Assembly: GCA_043228905.1 (NCBI GenBank)
Contig: JBHGNT010000014.1
Location: forward strand, 12,958,001 to 13,022,000
Length of the DNA: 64,000 nt
Reading direction: 5' to 3'
Source of the DNA: Azolla caroliniana
Taxonomy: Eukaryota > Plantae > Polypodiophyta
The notes beneath the pieces were generated by a model. That model had not been told where the DNA came from. It was given only the letters and a program-made list of their open reading frames with translations, and did no database searches. Position numbers and translations under genes: made by a program. Below, in pieces: positions 26,565-39,599 of this stretch. How positions within the stretch are numbered: the stretch's first letter is position 1; each line of letters begins with the position of its first letter.

Positions 26565-29500
26565 ATGGACGAATCATTTGGCGGCATGTTCAAGCTCAGC
26601 GGCTCCAACTATTCCGTATTGAAGTCGAAGATGAGGGACATGCTCGTTGTTAAAGACCTCTGGCTGCCGGTTCAGTTCGGGGACAAGAGACCGGACAAAA
26701 TCGACGCCGCGATATGGGAGGTGATGCACATGAAGACAACGGCGTACATACGGTGCTTCATCGACATGAGCCTGTACAACAACTTCAATGAAGAGAGCAA
26801 GGCTCATGAGCTTTGGGAGAAGATCGGCATAATGTTCCAAAACAAAAATGCTGTTAATCAGGTTTCGGTATTCCGGAAGCTAGTAAGACTCCGGTACCAA
26901 GATGGCTCCAGCATGGCGGAGCACATGAATGCCTTCCAGGGGCTGATCCACCAGGCAACGTCATTGGAAGTACCTCTTGCCGATGAAGTATTAGCGCTAC
27001 TCCTGCTCGGTTCCCTCCCGGATAGCTGGGAGACGTTGGTTGTCACTTTGGGCAACGCCAGGCCGGAAGGAAAACGGTTATCCCTAGCAAGAGTAAAGTC
27101 GAGCTTGCGAGATGAGGAGGCGCGTCGGAAAGACAAAGATATGAGCTCCGACTCCAAAGCGCTTCTTATCGAATCGAAACGCGGAAGACATAGAAACCGT
27201 AGTCCCCAGAACCGGGAGAAGTCGGGGACAAGGTCAAAGTCAAGGGAGAGGCCCACTTGCTTCTATTGCGGCAAGCCGGGTCACTTCCAAAAGAAAACAC
27301 CGGACCGGAACGATAAAGACAAGGAAACCGACGGTACCGATTCGAAGCAAACACCGGACCGGAACGGTAAAGACCAGAGGGGGCCGGACCAGAAGGGAAC
27401 GACGGCAATCATGGCAAGCGAAGAAGAGTTGATGCTCATCACCGAGGAGAGTGAAATAAACCTTGCCGGCGACGAGATGACCTGGGTGGTAGACTCCGGA
27501 GCGTCGTTCCACCTTACCCCGGACCGGAAATGCTTCTCATCCTATTCAGCCGGTGATCACGGCTGTGTCCGGATGGGGAATGAAGGAACATGCCGAATTG
27601 TCGGCATAGGAGACGTGTGACTGACAACACCAACCGGATGCAAGTTGCTGCTGAAGGATGTCCGACACGTTCCGGAAGTTCGTCTGAACCTGATATCACC
27701 CGGTCGGCTAGATGATGAAGGCTACACGGGTAGCATCCGGAACGGTGTCATGAAGTTCAGCAAAGGGAGCCTGATTGTGGCTCGGGCCCGGAAGGTAAAC
27801 ACACTGTACCTGATGAATGCCCGGTTATGTCCGGAAGAAGTGAACGTGGCATCCGACACTGCCGTTGAGCTCTGGCACAAGAGGCTGTGTCATATGAGCG
27901 AGAAGGGGATGAAGAGGCTTGCAGACGACAACCTCATTCCAGTGAAGAACATGCACTTAGAGAAGTGCACTGATTGTTTGGCCGGTAAGCAGAACCAGAC
28001 CTCCTTCCGACCAAGGCCACCGATGAGACGTAATGCACCACTGGAGTTGGTGCATACGGATGTGTGTCAAGTAGACACGAAGTCACATGCCGGAGCGTAG
28101 TACTTCGTGACGTTCATAGATGACCACAGCCGGAAGCTGTGGGCCACACCGTTGAAGACGAAGGATCAGGTGCTATCCGTCTTCAAAGAGCTCCACGCGA
28201 GAGTGGAAAGAGAAACCGGCCGGAAGCTAAAGGCGGTTCGAGCAGATAACGAAGGAGAGTACTGGGGGCAGTTCGAGGAGTACTGCCGCTTGAAGGGAAT
28301 CCGGCTCGAATTTACCGTGCCGAAGACGCCGGAACTAAATGGACTGGCCGAGAGGATCAACCGGACCATAATGGAGAGGGTTCGGAGTATGCTAGCGCAT
28401 GCAAAACTACCCAAGAAGTTTTGGGCTGAGGCACTGTCGACAGCGACATATGTGATAAACAGATCACCCTCAATACCCTTGGACGGAGACACGCCACAGA
28501 GAGTATGGACCGGTAAGGAAGTGTCCTACCGGCACGTGAGGGTGTTCGGGTGTCTCGCGTACGTGCATGTAGCAAAGGACCGGAGAGGAAAGTTAGATCC
28601 AAAGACCCGGCCATGCATATTCCTCGGTTACGCTGACGATGAATTCGGCTACCGAGTGTGGGACCCGGTCGACAAGAAGGTATTCCGGAGTCAAGATATT
28701 ATCTTCATGGAGGACAAGACGCTCGCCGACTGGGAGTCGGAGAAGAAGATGATGAACTCTGAGTCGACCGGTAAGGATAGACTCTACGATGAGCAGACCC
28801 AACCGGCAAGAGACCGATTAGCACTCGAGGAACCAGTCGATTACAGTGAGGATACCGAACCGACAGATGAAGAGGTAGAGGAAGCTGAGACCGGAACCGG
28901 CCAAGACTCCGAATCGGATTCGGATGAAGAGCAAATGGAGGAGCCGGTTACCGAAGCCCGAAGACGGAGATATCCTCTTAGAGAGAGAAGGGCCCCCCGG
29001 AGATTTCCGGATGCAGAGCATGTTCTGCTAACCGATGAGGGGGAGCCGGAAAGCTTCGAAGAAGCGAAGGAAGACACCCACAGCTGAAAATGGTTAAGTG
29101 CCATGCAGGACGAGATGGATTCCCTGCATGAGAACCATACGTACGAATTGGTGGAGCTGCCGAAAGGAAAGCGGGCACTCCGAAACAAGTGGGTGTACAA
29201 GTTGAAACCGGGAGATGCTGGCAACCCCCCGAGATACAAAGCCAGGATCGTGGTGAAGGGATTCCAGCAGACGAAGGGCGTGGACTTCGACGAGATATTT
29301 GCCCCGGTAGTAAAGATGACCTCCATCCGGACGGTGCTGAGTATAGCAGCAAGCATGGACCTCGAGGTAGAGCAGCTGGACGTGAAGACGGCATTCCTTC
29401 ACGGCGACCTCGAAGAGGAGATCTACATGCAGCAACCGGAAGGATTTGTGGAGAAAGGGAAGGAGCACCTGGTATGCCGGTTGAAGAAGAGCCTATACGG

Positions 29501-30616
29501 ACTGAAGCAGGCTCCCCGGCAATGGTACCGGAAGTTCGACTCCTTCATGACCGATCAACGGTACCACAAGACACAGGCCGATCACTGCGTGTTTGTGAAG
29601 AAGTTCGAAGGAGGGGACTTCCTGATACTCCTCCTGTACATGGATGACATGTTGATCGTCGGACGAGACCAAGTAAAAATACGGATGCTGAAGAAGGCCC
29701 TCAACCGGACCTTCTCAATGAAAGACTTGGGTCCGGCAAGACAGATGTTGGTGATGCACATCATTCGGGACCGGTTAAAGAAGCAACTATGGTTGTCACA
29801 GCAGAAGTATGTGACAAAGGTGCTTCACCGGTTCAACATGTCAGAAGCAAAACTGGTCGGATCGACACTTCCGGCAAACTGCAAGCTGTCCGGCAAGCAA
29901 AGCCCGAAGATGAAAGCCGAAAAGGCGGATATGCTGAAGATTCCATATGCCTCTGCCGTCGGGAGCTTGATGTACGCAATGGTGTGTACCCGACCGGATA
30001 TAGGATACACAGTTAGAGTGGTGAGCCGGTTCAGGAGTAATCCCGGCAAGGAGCACTGGAATGCGGTCAAATGGATACTCCGTTATTTGAAGGGCACTTC
30101 AAATATGTGTCTCCGATTCGGCTGCGGAAAACCTCAACTGGACGGTTTCACCGATTCGGACATGTCGGCTGATGTGGATACTAGCCGGTCTACATCCGGG
30201 TATGTGATGACATATGCAGGGGGAGCTGTTTCGTGGCAGTCGAGGCTGCAGAAGACGGTTGCATTGTCAACCACGGAGGCGGAGTACATGGCAGCTGTGG
30301 AAGCCGGCAAGGAAATCTTATGGATGAAGGACTTCATCGGTGAGCTCGGTATACGGCAAGAGGAATACCGACTCTATTGCGACAATCAAAGTGCCATCCA
30401 CCTCTTGCTAAGAATGCGGCCTATCATTCCCGGACGAAGCATATCCAGCGGAGGTATCACTGGATCCGGGAAAGAGTAGATGACCAGGAGTTTGCACTTA
30501 CGAAGATCCACACGGCTGAGAACGGGTCAGATATGCTGACCAAAGTGCTGACACCCGACAAGCTGGATGCATGCCGGAAGAGAATCGGACTGGTAAGACA
30601 CCCCATGCCGGAGTGA
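26565..30616 (+). pseudogene. gag-pol: C2 gag-pol polyprotein with several in-frame stops and a frameshift near the end
   Basis: The ORF pieces 26424-27620, 27645-28100, 28107-29087 and 29103-30479 share one frame, and 30377-30616 is shifted. Domains run gag knuckle, DSGAS protease, integrase, RT (LLLYMDDM), RNase H. Confidence 0.9.
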
Positions 30617-33600
30617 AGGGGGAGTTTGTTGGGAGACAGGTCCCTCCGGATGGGAAGGGAGAAGAACAGTGTCGAAACTGTATGAGGAGTACCCGACTAC
30701 GGAGAGCCGGATGGTGTAGGCCCGGTGTGAACCGGATGAGGAGTACCCGGCTACGGAGAGCCGGATGGTGCAAGCCCGGTGAAGACCGAAGGAGGAGTAC
30801 CCGGCTACGGAGAGCCGGATGGTGCAGGCCCGGTGTGAACCGGATGAGGAGTACCTGGCTACGGAGAGTTGGATGGTACAGGACCGGTGAGAACCGGAGG
30901 AAGAGACATATTCGTAAATATGTTTCTAAGAGCCCATCGAGGCTATATTTGTAAATAGCCGAAAAGTCATATTAGTATAAATATGACTTAGGGCAAACTT
31001 GTTATGTTGTTGTCAATTTCTGTCTTGCACGAAATCAGTGTGTGTAACTGTACAGAGAGAGAAAGAGAGAGAACGAGGTCATTGCCCCTGTTGTAACCGT
31101 CGCCTGTGGCGAAGATCGTGAGCACGAGGTCGTTGCCGCTGTGGACTCACTGTTTTGTACATTCTTACATAGTGACAGTTTGCAGCCTGTGGACTGCCGT
31201 GGTTTTTCCCCTAGTTTGGGGTTTTCCACGTAAACCTCCTGTGTAGTGTGTGTATATCTTCCTCTCCTTTGTGTCGTGTTTTTTCTTCCCGTTTTCTGTG
31301 TATCATTCTACGCTTGGTTGTGGCCGAGCGTCGTGCATAAGGAACGTTAGGTTCCCGTCAGCAATCGAGGCTGCAGAAGACCGTTGCACTGTCGAAAACG
31401 GAGGTGGAGTACATGGCAGCTATGGAAGCCGGCAAGGAAATAATCTGGATGAAGGACTTCATCGGTGAGTTAGGGATTTGACAAGAGGAATATCCGCTCT
31501 ATTGCGACAATTAGAGTGCCATCCACCTTGCAAAGAACGCGGCCTACCATTCAAGAATGAAGCACATCCAGCACAGGTACCACTAGATCCGAGAGCGAGT
31601 TGAAGATCGAGAGTTCGTGTTGACGAAGATACACACGGAGGAGAACGGGTCGGACATGCTGACCAAAGTGTTGACACCCGACAAGCTAGACGCATGTCAG
31701 ACACGGATCGGGCTGACGAAACATCCCATGCCGATGTGAAGGGGGAGATTTTTGGGATTTCGGTCCCTCCGGATGGGATCTTGAGAACCGGATGTAGAAG
31801 ACATATCTATAAATATGTTTCTGAGTAAGCCCATTGAGGCTATATTTGTAAATAGTCCTACGTTCATATAAGTATAATATGACTTACGGCAATCACTTTA
31901 GTATAGTTGTGGTCATGTTGTTGTAATCATTGTACAAAGAGAGAGAGGGAGAGAGAGAGATACAGAGATATACTCTGTTGTAACCTCCACTATGCGAAGA
32001 AACAGAGCTTGAGGTCATTGCCTCCCACTCTCTGATTGTACCCCTTCTCTTCATAGTGATAGTTCGAAGTCTGTGGGCTCCCGTGGTTTTTCCCTATTAG
32101 GGTTTTCCACGTAAACATCCTGTGTCCTTTTATTTGTGTACACTCCCCTTCCCATTTCTGTGTTTGATTCTTATAGAAGTGATTTACTACTCGGTTGTGG
32201 CCGAGCGATATTCTGTGCATTTCTCTTCACTTCCAACATCAAACAGAATTGGCAGCATAACTGTATTAGCTTCTGACGAGGCCGCAACAAAGTCCGTGTC
32301 CCTACACAAGAAACGACAACACCAACCAAGGGCATCACGCCATTATACACCAAAGATGTTAATATGCCAGAAGGATTGGATGATACGGAGCTTGAGGCAT
32401 ACCTCGCTGAAAACCCGTGGATTGTGCCATTATTCAAAATTGACATAATGGAAACCGTTGCGGAGTACGCCCCAACTAGTACGTGCATGTAGGAGTAAGA
32501 GCTTGATCTGGAGTCGATAATAGAGTTGAGTAGGGAACGAGAAATGTTCTAAAATGAAATGGAAATCTCGCGTCACGTCACCGCTTCTGCATTAGAAGAA
32601 GTCAGCATCGGAACGACAAAGGTGCCATGACTACTCTCAATTTCTAGGGATCGGACCTCAGGTGAGAAGATGGCAATGACAGAACTGCTCCGGGAATATA
32701 GGGATGTTTTTGCATGGTCACACAAGGACATCAAGGGTTTGGATCCGAAATTTTATCAGCACAAGATCAATTTGTCCTCCGACGAGAAAACTTTGCAGTA
32801 GCGATGCTACCGAATGAACCCAAATTATGCGGCTCATGTAAAACAAGAAATTGACAAACTGTTGAAAGTAAGGTTCATTCGGCTAGTCAAACAAGCCACG
32901 TGGCTAAGTCCAATAGTCATAGTACCGAAGAAGAATGGGAAAATATGCGTTTGTGTGGATTACTGCGAGCTAAACGCTTTAACAATTACAAATTTGTTTC
33001 CCTTACTGTTTACGGATAGCATACTAAACGCCTTGGTGGGCCATGACATGTATAGTTTTTGGGATGGCTTGAGCGAATACAATCAAGTACGTATGCACCC
33101 TGACAACCAAGAAAAGAACGCGTTCGTCACGGACTGGGGTGTGTTCGCTGCTACAGTAATGATGTTTGGTCTAAAAAAGGCGCCCGCCACTTTCCAATGA
33201 ACAATTGTGGAGATTTTTGGAGAATACATACTTGCATTTATGCAAGTTTTTCTCAATGACTTTGCAGTGTATGGAACGTGAGGGGAACATTTGGGGCATC
33301 TACGACTTTGTTTGGAACGTTGCCATACGTCACGCCTAAGTCTGAATTCGGCGAAATATGCATTTGGTGTCACCATCGGAGCACTGCTCACACATATTGT
33401 AAGCAAGGAGGGGATAGTAGTAGACCCTAACAAAATCACCGCAATCATCGAAGCGACGACCCCGACTAATGCCAAAGCCCTTAGCCATTTTTTAGGTCAA
33501 ATATGCTGGCACAACCATATGTTACGATACTTGGCAGAGTTTGCGACTCCATTACATGCCGTCTACATCGTACTCCTTTCAAGTGGACGACAATAGAAGA

Positions 33601-34276
33601 CAAAGCCTATGAGGCACTAAAGATAATGCTAACCCAAGCACCCATCGTACAACCACCAGACACCTTTTCACGTATTTGTAGATGCCTCAGATATCGCAAT
33701 AGGTAGTGCATTGATGTAGCTCACATAGTGTAATTGGTACCGACCGGTGCGCTACGCTAGTCGGAAATTATCGGATACTGAAAGGAACTATTCCATGACC
33801 TAGCGTGAAGCCTTGGGCATGATCTACAACATCAACCGATTCCGACATTATCTACTCTGATGGAAATTTACGTTTCACGTAGACCACACGGCATTACTCT
33901 ACCTGGTCGAGAAGTAGACGTTGACAGGGAAGCTGGCAAGATGGAGGTTGCTGCTCCAAAAGCTTGACTTCGTGATTCAACATCGGTCGGGTACGCAGCA
34001 TGTCGTAGCTGACTTCTTAAGCAGAATAGATAACGGTGATAACGCGTGGAGACAAGATGATGAATTTCTCAACGCTGATATTCTGCAGGTTGTGACTCGG
34101 CGTGGAATACGACAGGATGAGAAGGAAGCTGTACTACGCGAAGCTCATTGTGATACGGCCGGGGAACCTTATGTAGGTGATGTCACGGCCGGAGGGCATT
34201 ATGCAGGTGATGTCAGGGCTATAAAAGTATGGCAAGCGGGTCTTTGGTGGCCAACTATGCAAAAGGACGCGTATCA

Positions 34277-37200
34277 TGTTGGGATTACGGTCCCTCCGGA
34301 TGGGATGGTCGGATGTCCGGGAATCGGGAACGAAGACCCGGCTACGGAGCCGGATGACGAAGACCCCGGCTACGGAGCCGGATGATGAAAACCCCGGCTA
34401 CGGAGCCGGATGACGTATGTACCCGGAGAGAGATCCGGATGCGGGGACATATTTGTGAATATGTTTGCCAAGGGCCCTTGAGGCTATATTTGTAAATAGC
34501 CCGAAAGTCATATGTGTATAAATATGACTTAGGGCAAACAGTTTTGTTGTTGTTGCTCATTTTATCTGTTTTCCACTTAGAGGGAGCGAAGTGAGAGCAG
34601 CCGAGAGAGAGAGAGAGAGAGAAAGGAAGAGGTCGACGCCTCTGTGTAATACCGCCGCCTGTGGCGAGGACAGCGAGCTCAAGGTCGTCGCCTTGCAGCT
34701 CGCCATTGTACATTCCCTGCGTATAGTGATAGTTGGAGTCTTGCCCTCCCGTGGTTTTTCCCGTTTAGGGTTTTCCACGCTAAATCCTGTGGATTCGAAT
34801 CTCTCTCTGTGTTTTGGATTTACTGCTGCACTGACTCGTGTTTCCTCGGTTGTGGCCGAGAGGTGAAGGTTTTGAAACCGTCGATTTCCTAACAATCTGG
34901 TATCAGAGCGACTGCAGTGCAGACAATGGAAGGCGGCAGCAGCGGGCAGCCGGGGATGATGGTGCTGAATGCGCAGAACTACGCCGACTGGAAGATAAAG
35001 ATGGAGGATCTGCTCATTGTTCGGGACCTGTATGAACCGATCGACAGGTCGGAAATACCCAAGGGGGTACTTGAGACGGAATGGAGGCTTCTGAACCGGA
35101 AAGCCGTTGCAACCATTCGGCAATACGTCGACGTGAGCGTTCTACAACATGTGGCGAACGACACCAACGCATATGAGATGTGGCGGAAGCTGTCGGGCCT
35201 CTACGAGAGGAAGAATGCGTTGAACCGGACCTCCCTGATGAGGAAGATAGTGAACCTCAAGTACCGGGACGGCGAGACTATGGTGGAACACGTAAGCACG
35301 TTCATGGGACTCGTGAACCAGCTTGCGGCGATCAAGTTCCCGTTGGAGGATGCAATGCAAGCCATCATCCTGATGTGTACATTGCCGGAAAGCTGGGAGG
35401 ACTTGGTGGTGACTCTCAGCACCTCCTGCACCGAAGATAACTTGTCTCTACAAACGGTAAAGACAAGCATTTTGAACGAAGAAGCGCGTCGGAGAGATAA
35501 AGAACCAGCCTCCGATCCGAAGATGCTGCTTACCGAATCGGATCGGGGAAGACAACGGAACCGGAGTCCGCAAAGACGGGAGAAGTCGGGGACCCGGTCG
35601 CAGTCAAGAGGAAGGCCCACATGCTTCCACTGTGGGAAGCCGGGGCACTTCCGGAAGAATTGTCGGCATTACCGAAAAGACAACGGAGCCGACGACACCG
35701 ATTCGAAGAAGTCTTCGGAACGGAACGGTGCTTACCGGGGAGCCACGGACCGGAATGGTTCGGATCGGCGAGGGCAGGACCGGAAAGGAACGACGGCACT
35801 CGCGGCAAGTGAAGAGGAGATCATGCTCATCATCGAAGAAGGTGAACTAAACATTGCCGGCGATGAGACTACCTGGGTGGTCGATTCCGGAGCATCGTTC
35901 CACCTGACCCCGGAAAGAAGATACTTCTCATCCTACACAGCCGGTGAGCATGGCTGTGTTCGGATGGGAAATGAAGGTACGTGCCGGATTGCCGGCATAG
36001 GAGACGTGTGGTTGACAACCTCGACCGGATGCAAAATGTTGTTGAAGGATGTCCGACACGTTCCGGAGGTTCGATTGAACCTGATTTCGGCCGGGAGGCT
36101 AGACGATGAAGGCTACACAGGTAGCATCCGGAACTGCGTAATGAAGTTCAGCAAGGGGAGCCTGATAGTGGCTCGGGCCCGGAAAGTCAACACACTGTAC
36201 CTTATGAATGCCTGGTTGTGTCCGGAGGAGTTGAACGTGGCAGCCGACACTGCCGCTGAGCTGTGGCACAAGAGACTGTGCCACATGAGTGAGAAGGGGA
36301 TGAAGAGGCTTGCAGAAGACAACCTTATTCCAGTGAAGCACGTGCACCTGGAGAAGTCCACCGATTGCCTGGCCGGTAAGCAGAACCGAACCTCCTTCCA
36401 CTCAAGGCCACCGACGAGACGTAGCGCACCATTGGAGTTGGTGCACACTGACGTGTGTCAAGTAGAAACGAAGTCACATGGCGGAGCCCAGTACTTCGTG
36501 ACATTCATTGATGACCACAGCCGGAAGCTGTGGACGGAACCGTTGAAGACAAAGGACCAAGTGTTGTGCGTCTTCAAAGAACTCCACGCGAGAGTGGAAA
36601 GGGAATCCGGCAAGAAGCTGAAAGCGATACGAGCGGATAACGGAGGGGAATACCGGGGGCAGTTCGAGGAGTACTGTCGCTCGAAGGGAATCCGGCTCGA
36701 GTTTACTGTGCCGAAGACGCCGGAACTGAACGGGCTGGCCGAGAGGAGGACCCGGACCATAATGGAGAGGGTCCGGAGTATGCTGGCGCATGCGAAATTA
36801 CCCAAGGGGTTTTGGGCTGAGGCAATGTCGACGGCGACATACGTGATAAACAGATCACCCTCAGTACCTTTGGACGGAGACACGCCGCAGAGAGTGTGGA
36901 CCGGTAGGGAAGTATCCTACCGGCATCTGAAGGTGTTCGGGTGTCTCGCATATGTGCATGTGGCAAAGGACCGGAGAGGAAAGCTAGATCCAAAGACCCG
37001 GCCATGCATATTCCTCGGTTACGGCGATGACGAGTTCGGCTACCGAGTATGGGACCCGGTCGACAAAAAGATATTTTGGAGTCGTGATATCATCTTCATG
37101 GAGGACAAGACACTCGCCGACTGGGAGTCGGAGAAGAAGATGAAAAGCTCCAAGTCGACCGGTGAGGATCAACTCTACGAGGAGCAGTCCCGACCGGCAA

Positions 37201-39599
37201 GGGACCGGTTAGCACTCGAGGATCCGGCCGAGGACGGTGAAGAAACAGAACCGGCCGAGGAAGATGAAACTGATACCGGAACCGGCCCCGATCCCGAAAT
37301 GGATTCGGATAAAGAGGAAACGGAGGAGCCGGTTACCGAAGCTCCGGAACAGAGATATCCTCTAAGAGAGAGAAGGCCCCCCCGGAGATTTCCGGAACCA
37401 GAGCACGTGCTGCTGACCGACGAGGGGGAGCCGGAGAGTTTTGAAGAAGCAAAGCTTGACACCCATAGCCGCAGGTGGTTAAGTGCCATGCAGGAGGAGA
37501 TGGATTCCCTGCATGAGAACCACACATATGAACTTGTGGAGTTGCCGAAAGGAAAGCGGGCACTTCGAAACAAGTGGGTGTTCAAGCTGAAACCGGGAGA
37601 TGCCGGAAATCCCCCGAGATACAAAGCCAGGATCGTGGTGAAGGGGTTCCAGCAGAAGAAGGGCGTCGACTTCGACGAGATATTTGCCCCGGTAGTGAAG
37701 ATGACCTCCATCCGGACGGTGCTGAGCATAGCGGCAAGCATGGACCTCGAGGTAGAACAGATGGACGTGAAAACGGCATTCCTTCACGGTGACCTCGAAG
37801 AAGAGATCTACATGCAGCAACCGGAAGGATTCGAGAAGAAAGGGAAGGAGCACCTGGTATGCCGGTTGAAGAAGAGCCTTTACGGACTGAAGCAGGCTCC
37901 CCGGCAATGGTATCGGAAGTTCGACTCTTTCATGACCGACGAAGGGTACCACAAAACGCAGTCCGATCACTGCGTGTTTGTGAAGAAGTTCGAAGGAGGA
38001 GAGTTCCTAATACTCCTCCTGTACGTGGACGACATGTTGATCGTCGGACGGGACCAGGTCAAGATACGGATGCTGAAGAAAGCGCTTCACCGAACCTTCT
38101 CAATGAAGGACCTGGGTCCGGCGAGGCAAATACTAGGGATGCACATCATCCGGGACCGGAAGAAGAAGCAGTTGTGGCTGTCACAGGAGAAGTACGTGAC
38201 AAAGGTGCTTCACCGGTTCAACATGTCGGAAGCAAGACCGGTCGGGTCAACCCTCCCGGCAAACTGCAAGTTGTCCAGCAAGCAAAGCCCCAAGACAAAG
38301 GCTGCAAAGAAGGACATGATGAAAGTACCATACGCCTCTGCCGTCGGAAGCTTGATGTACGCAATGGTGTGTACAAGACCGGACATAGGATATGCAGTCG
38401 GAGTGGTTAGCCGGTACATGAGCAATCCCGGCAAAGAACACTGGAACGCGGCCAAGTGGATAATGTGATACCTGAAGGGCACGGCAAACGTGTGCCTCCG
38501 ATTCGGCTCCGGTAAGCCCGAACTCGACGGCTTTACCGATTCGAATATGTCGGCTGATGCAGATACCAGCCGGTCCACATCAGGGTATGTGATGACGTAT
38601 GCAGGGGGAGCTGTTTCGTGGCAGTCGAGGCTGCAGAAGACGGTTGCATTGTCAACCACGGAGGCGGAGTACATAGCGGTTGTTGAAGCCGGCAAGGAAA
38701 TGATATGGATGAAGGACTTCATTAGAGAGCTCGGTATCCGGCAGGAGGAGTACCGACTCTACTGCGACAGTCAGAGTGCCATCCACCTTGCGAAGAACGC
38801 GGCCTATCACTCCCGGACGAAGCACATCCAGCGAAGATATCACTGGATCCGGGAAAGGATAGAAGACCAGGAGTTCGTGCTGACGAAGATCCACACGGAC
38901 GAGAACGGGTCAGATATGCTGACCAAAGTGCTCACACCCGACAAGCTGGAAGCGTGCCGGAAGAGGGTCGGACTGGAAAGACATCCCATGCCGAAGTGAA
39001 GGGGGAGTTTGTTGGGATTACGGTCCCTCCGGATGGGATGGTCGGATGTCCGGGAATCGGGAACGAAGACCCGGCTACGGAGCCGGATGACGAAAACCCC
39101 GGCTACGGAGCCGGATGACGTATGTACCCGGAGAGAGATCCGGATGCGGGGACATATTTGTGAATATGTTTGCCAAGGGCCCTTGAGGCTATATTTGTAA
39201 ATAGCCCGAAAGTCATATGTGTATAAATATGACTTAGGGCAAACAGTTTTGTTGTTGTTGCTCATTTTATCTGTTTTCCACTTAGAGGGAGCGAAGTGAG
39301 AGCAGCCGAGAGAGAGAGAGAGAGAGAAAGGAAGAGGTCGACGCCTCTGTGTAATACCGCCGCCTGTGGCGAGGACAGCGAGCTCAAGGTCGTCGCCTTG
39401 CAGCTCGCCATTGTACATTCCCTGCGTATAGTGATAGTTGGAGTCTTGCACTCCCGTGGTTTTTCCCGTTTAGGGTTTTCCACGCTAAATCCTGTGCATT
39501 CGAGTCTCTCTCTGTGTTTTGGATTTACTGCTGCACTGACTCGTGTTTCCTCGGTTGTGGCCGAGAGGTGAAGGTTTTGAAACCGTCAATTTCCTAACA
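34277..39599 (+). mobile_element. Copia C3, full length and young, inserted in the G2 integrase region
   Basis: Perfect TSD TATCA (34272-34276 and 39600-39604). Nearly identical LTRs at 34277-34894 and 39010-39599; PBS TGGTATCAGAGC at 34898-34909; PPT before 39010. Confidence 0.98.
34917..38999 (+). pseudogene. gag-pol: C3 gag-pol polyprotein with a single premature stop at 38466-38468
   Basis: The 1183-aa ORF continues in the same frame to 38999. The TGA falls at the Arg of the conserved WI.RYLKG motif. All copia domains are present (CFHCGKPGHFRKNC, DSGAS, DNGGEY, YVDD, STTEAEY). Confidence 0.95.

Larger units (their letters stand above)
25660..31360 (+). mobile_element. Copia C2, full length, inserted in the RNase H region of C1
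   Basis: Perfect TSD GCAAT (25655-25659 and 31361-31365). LTRs at 25660-26534 and 30627-31360; PBS TGGTATCAGAGC at 26537-26548; PPT GTGAAGGGGGAG before 30627. Confidence 0.97.
22995..32229 (+). mobile_element. Copia C1, internally deleted, inserted in G2
   Basis: LTRs at 22995-23486 and 31750-32229; TSD CTTCT/CTTCC; PBS TGATATCAGAGC at 23490-23501; PPT at 31736-31747. Gag begins MEESFGGMFKL. The sequence jumps from the integrase tail straight to the RT end/RNase H at about 25573. Confidence 0.9.

Noticed and set aside
38466-38468. Programmed stop-codon readthrough in C3
   Set aside because: The homologous codon is Arg in C2, A and B, so it is better explained as a point mutation.
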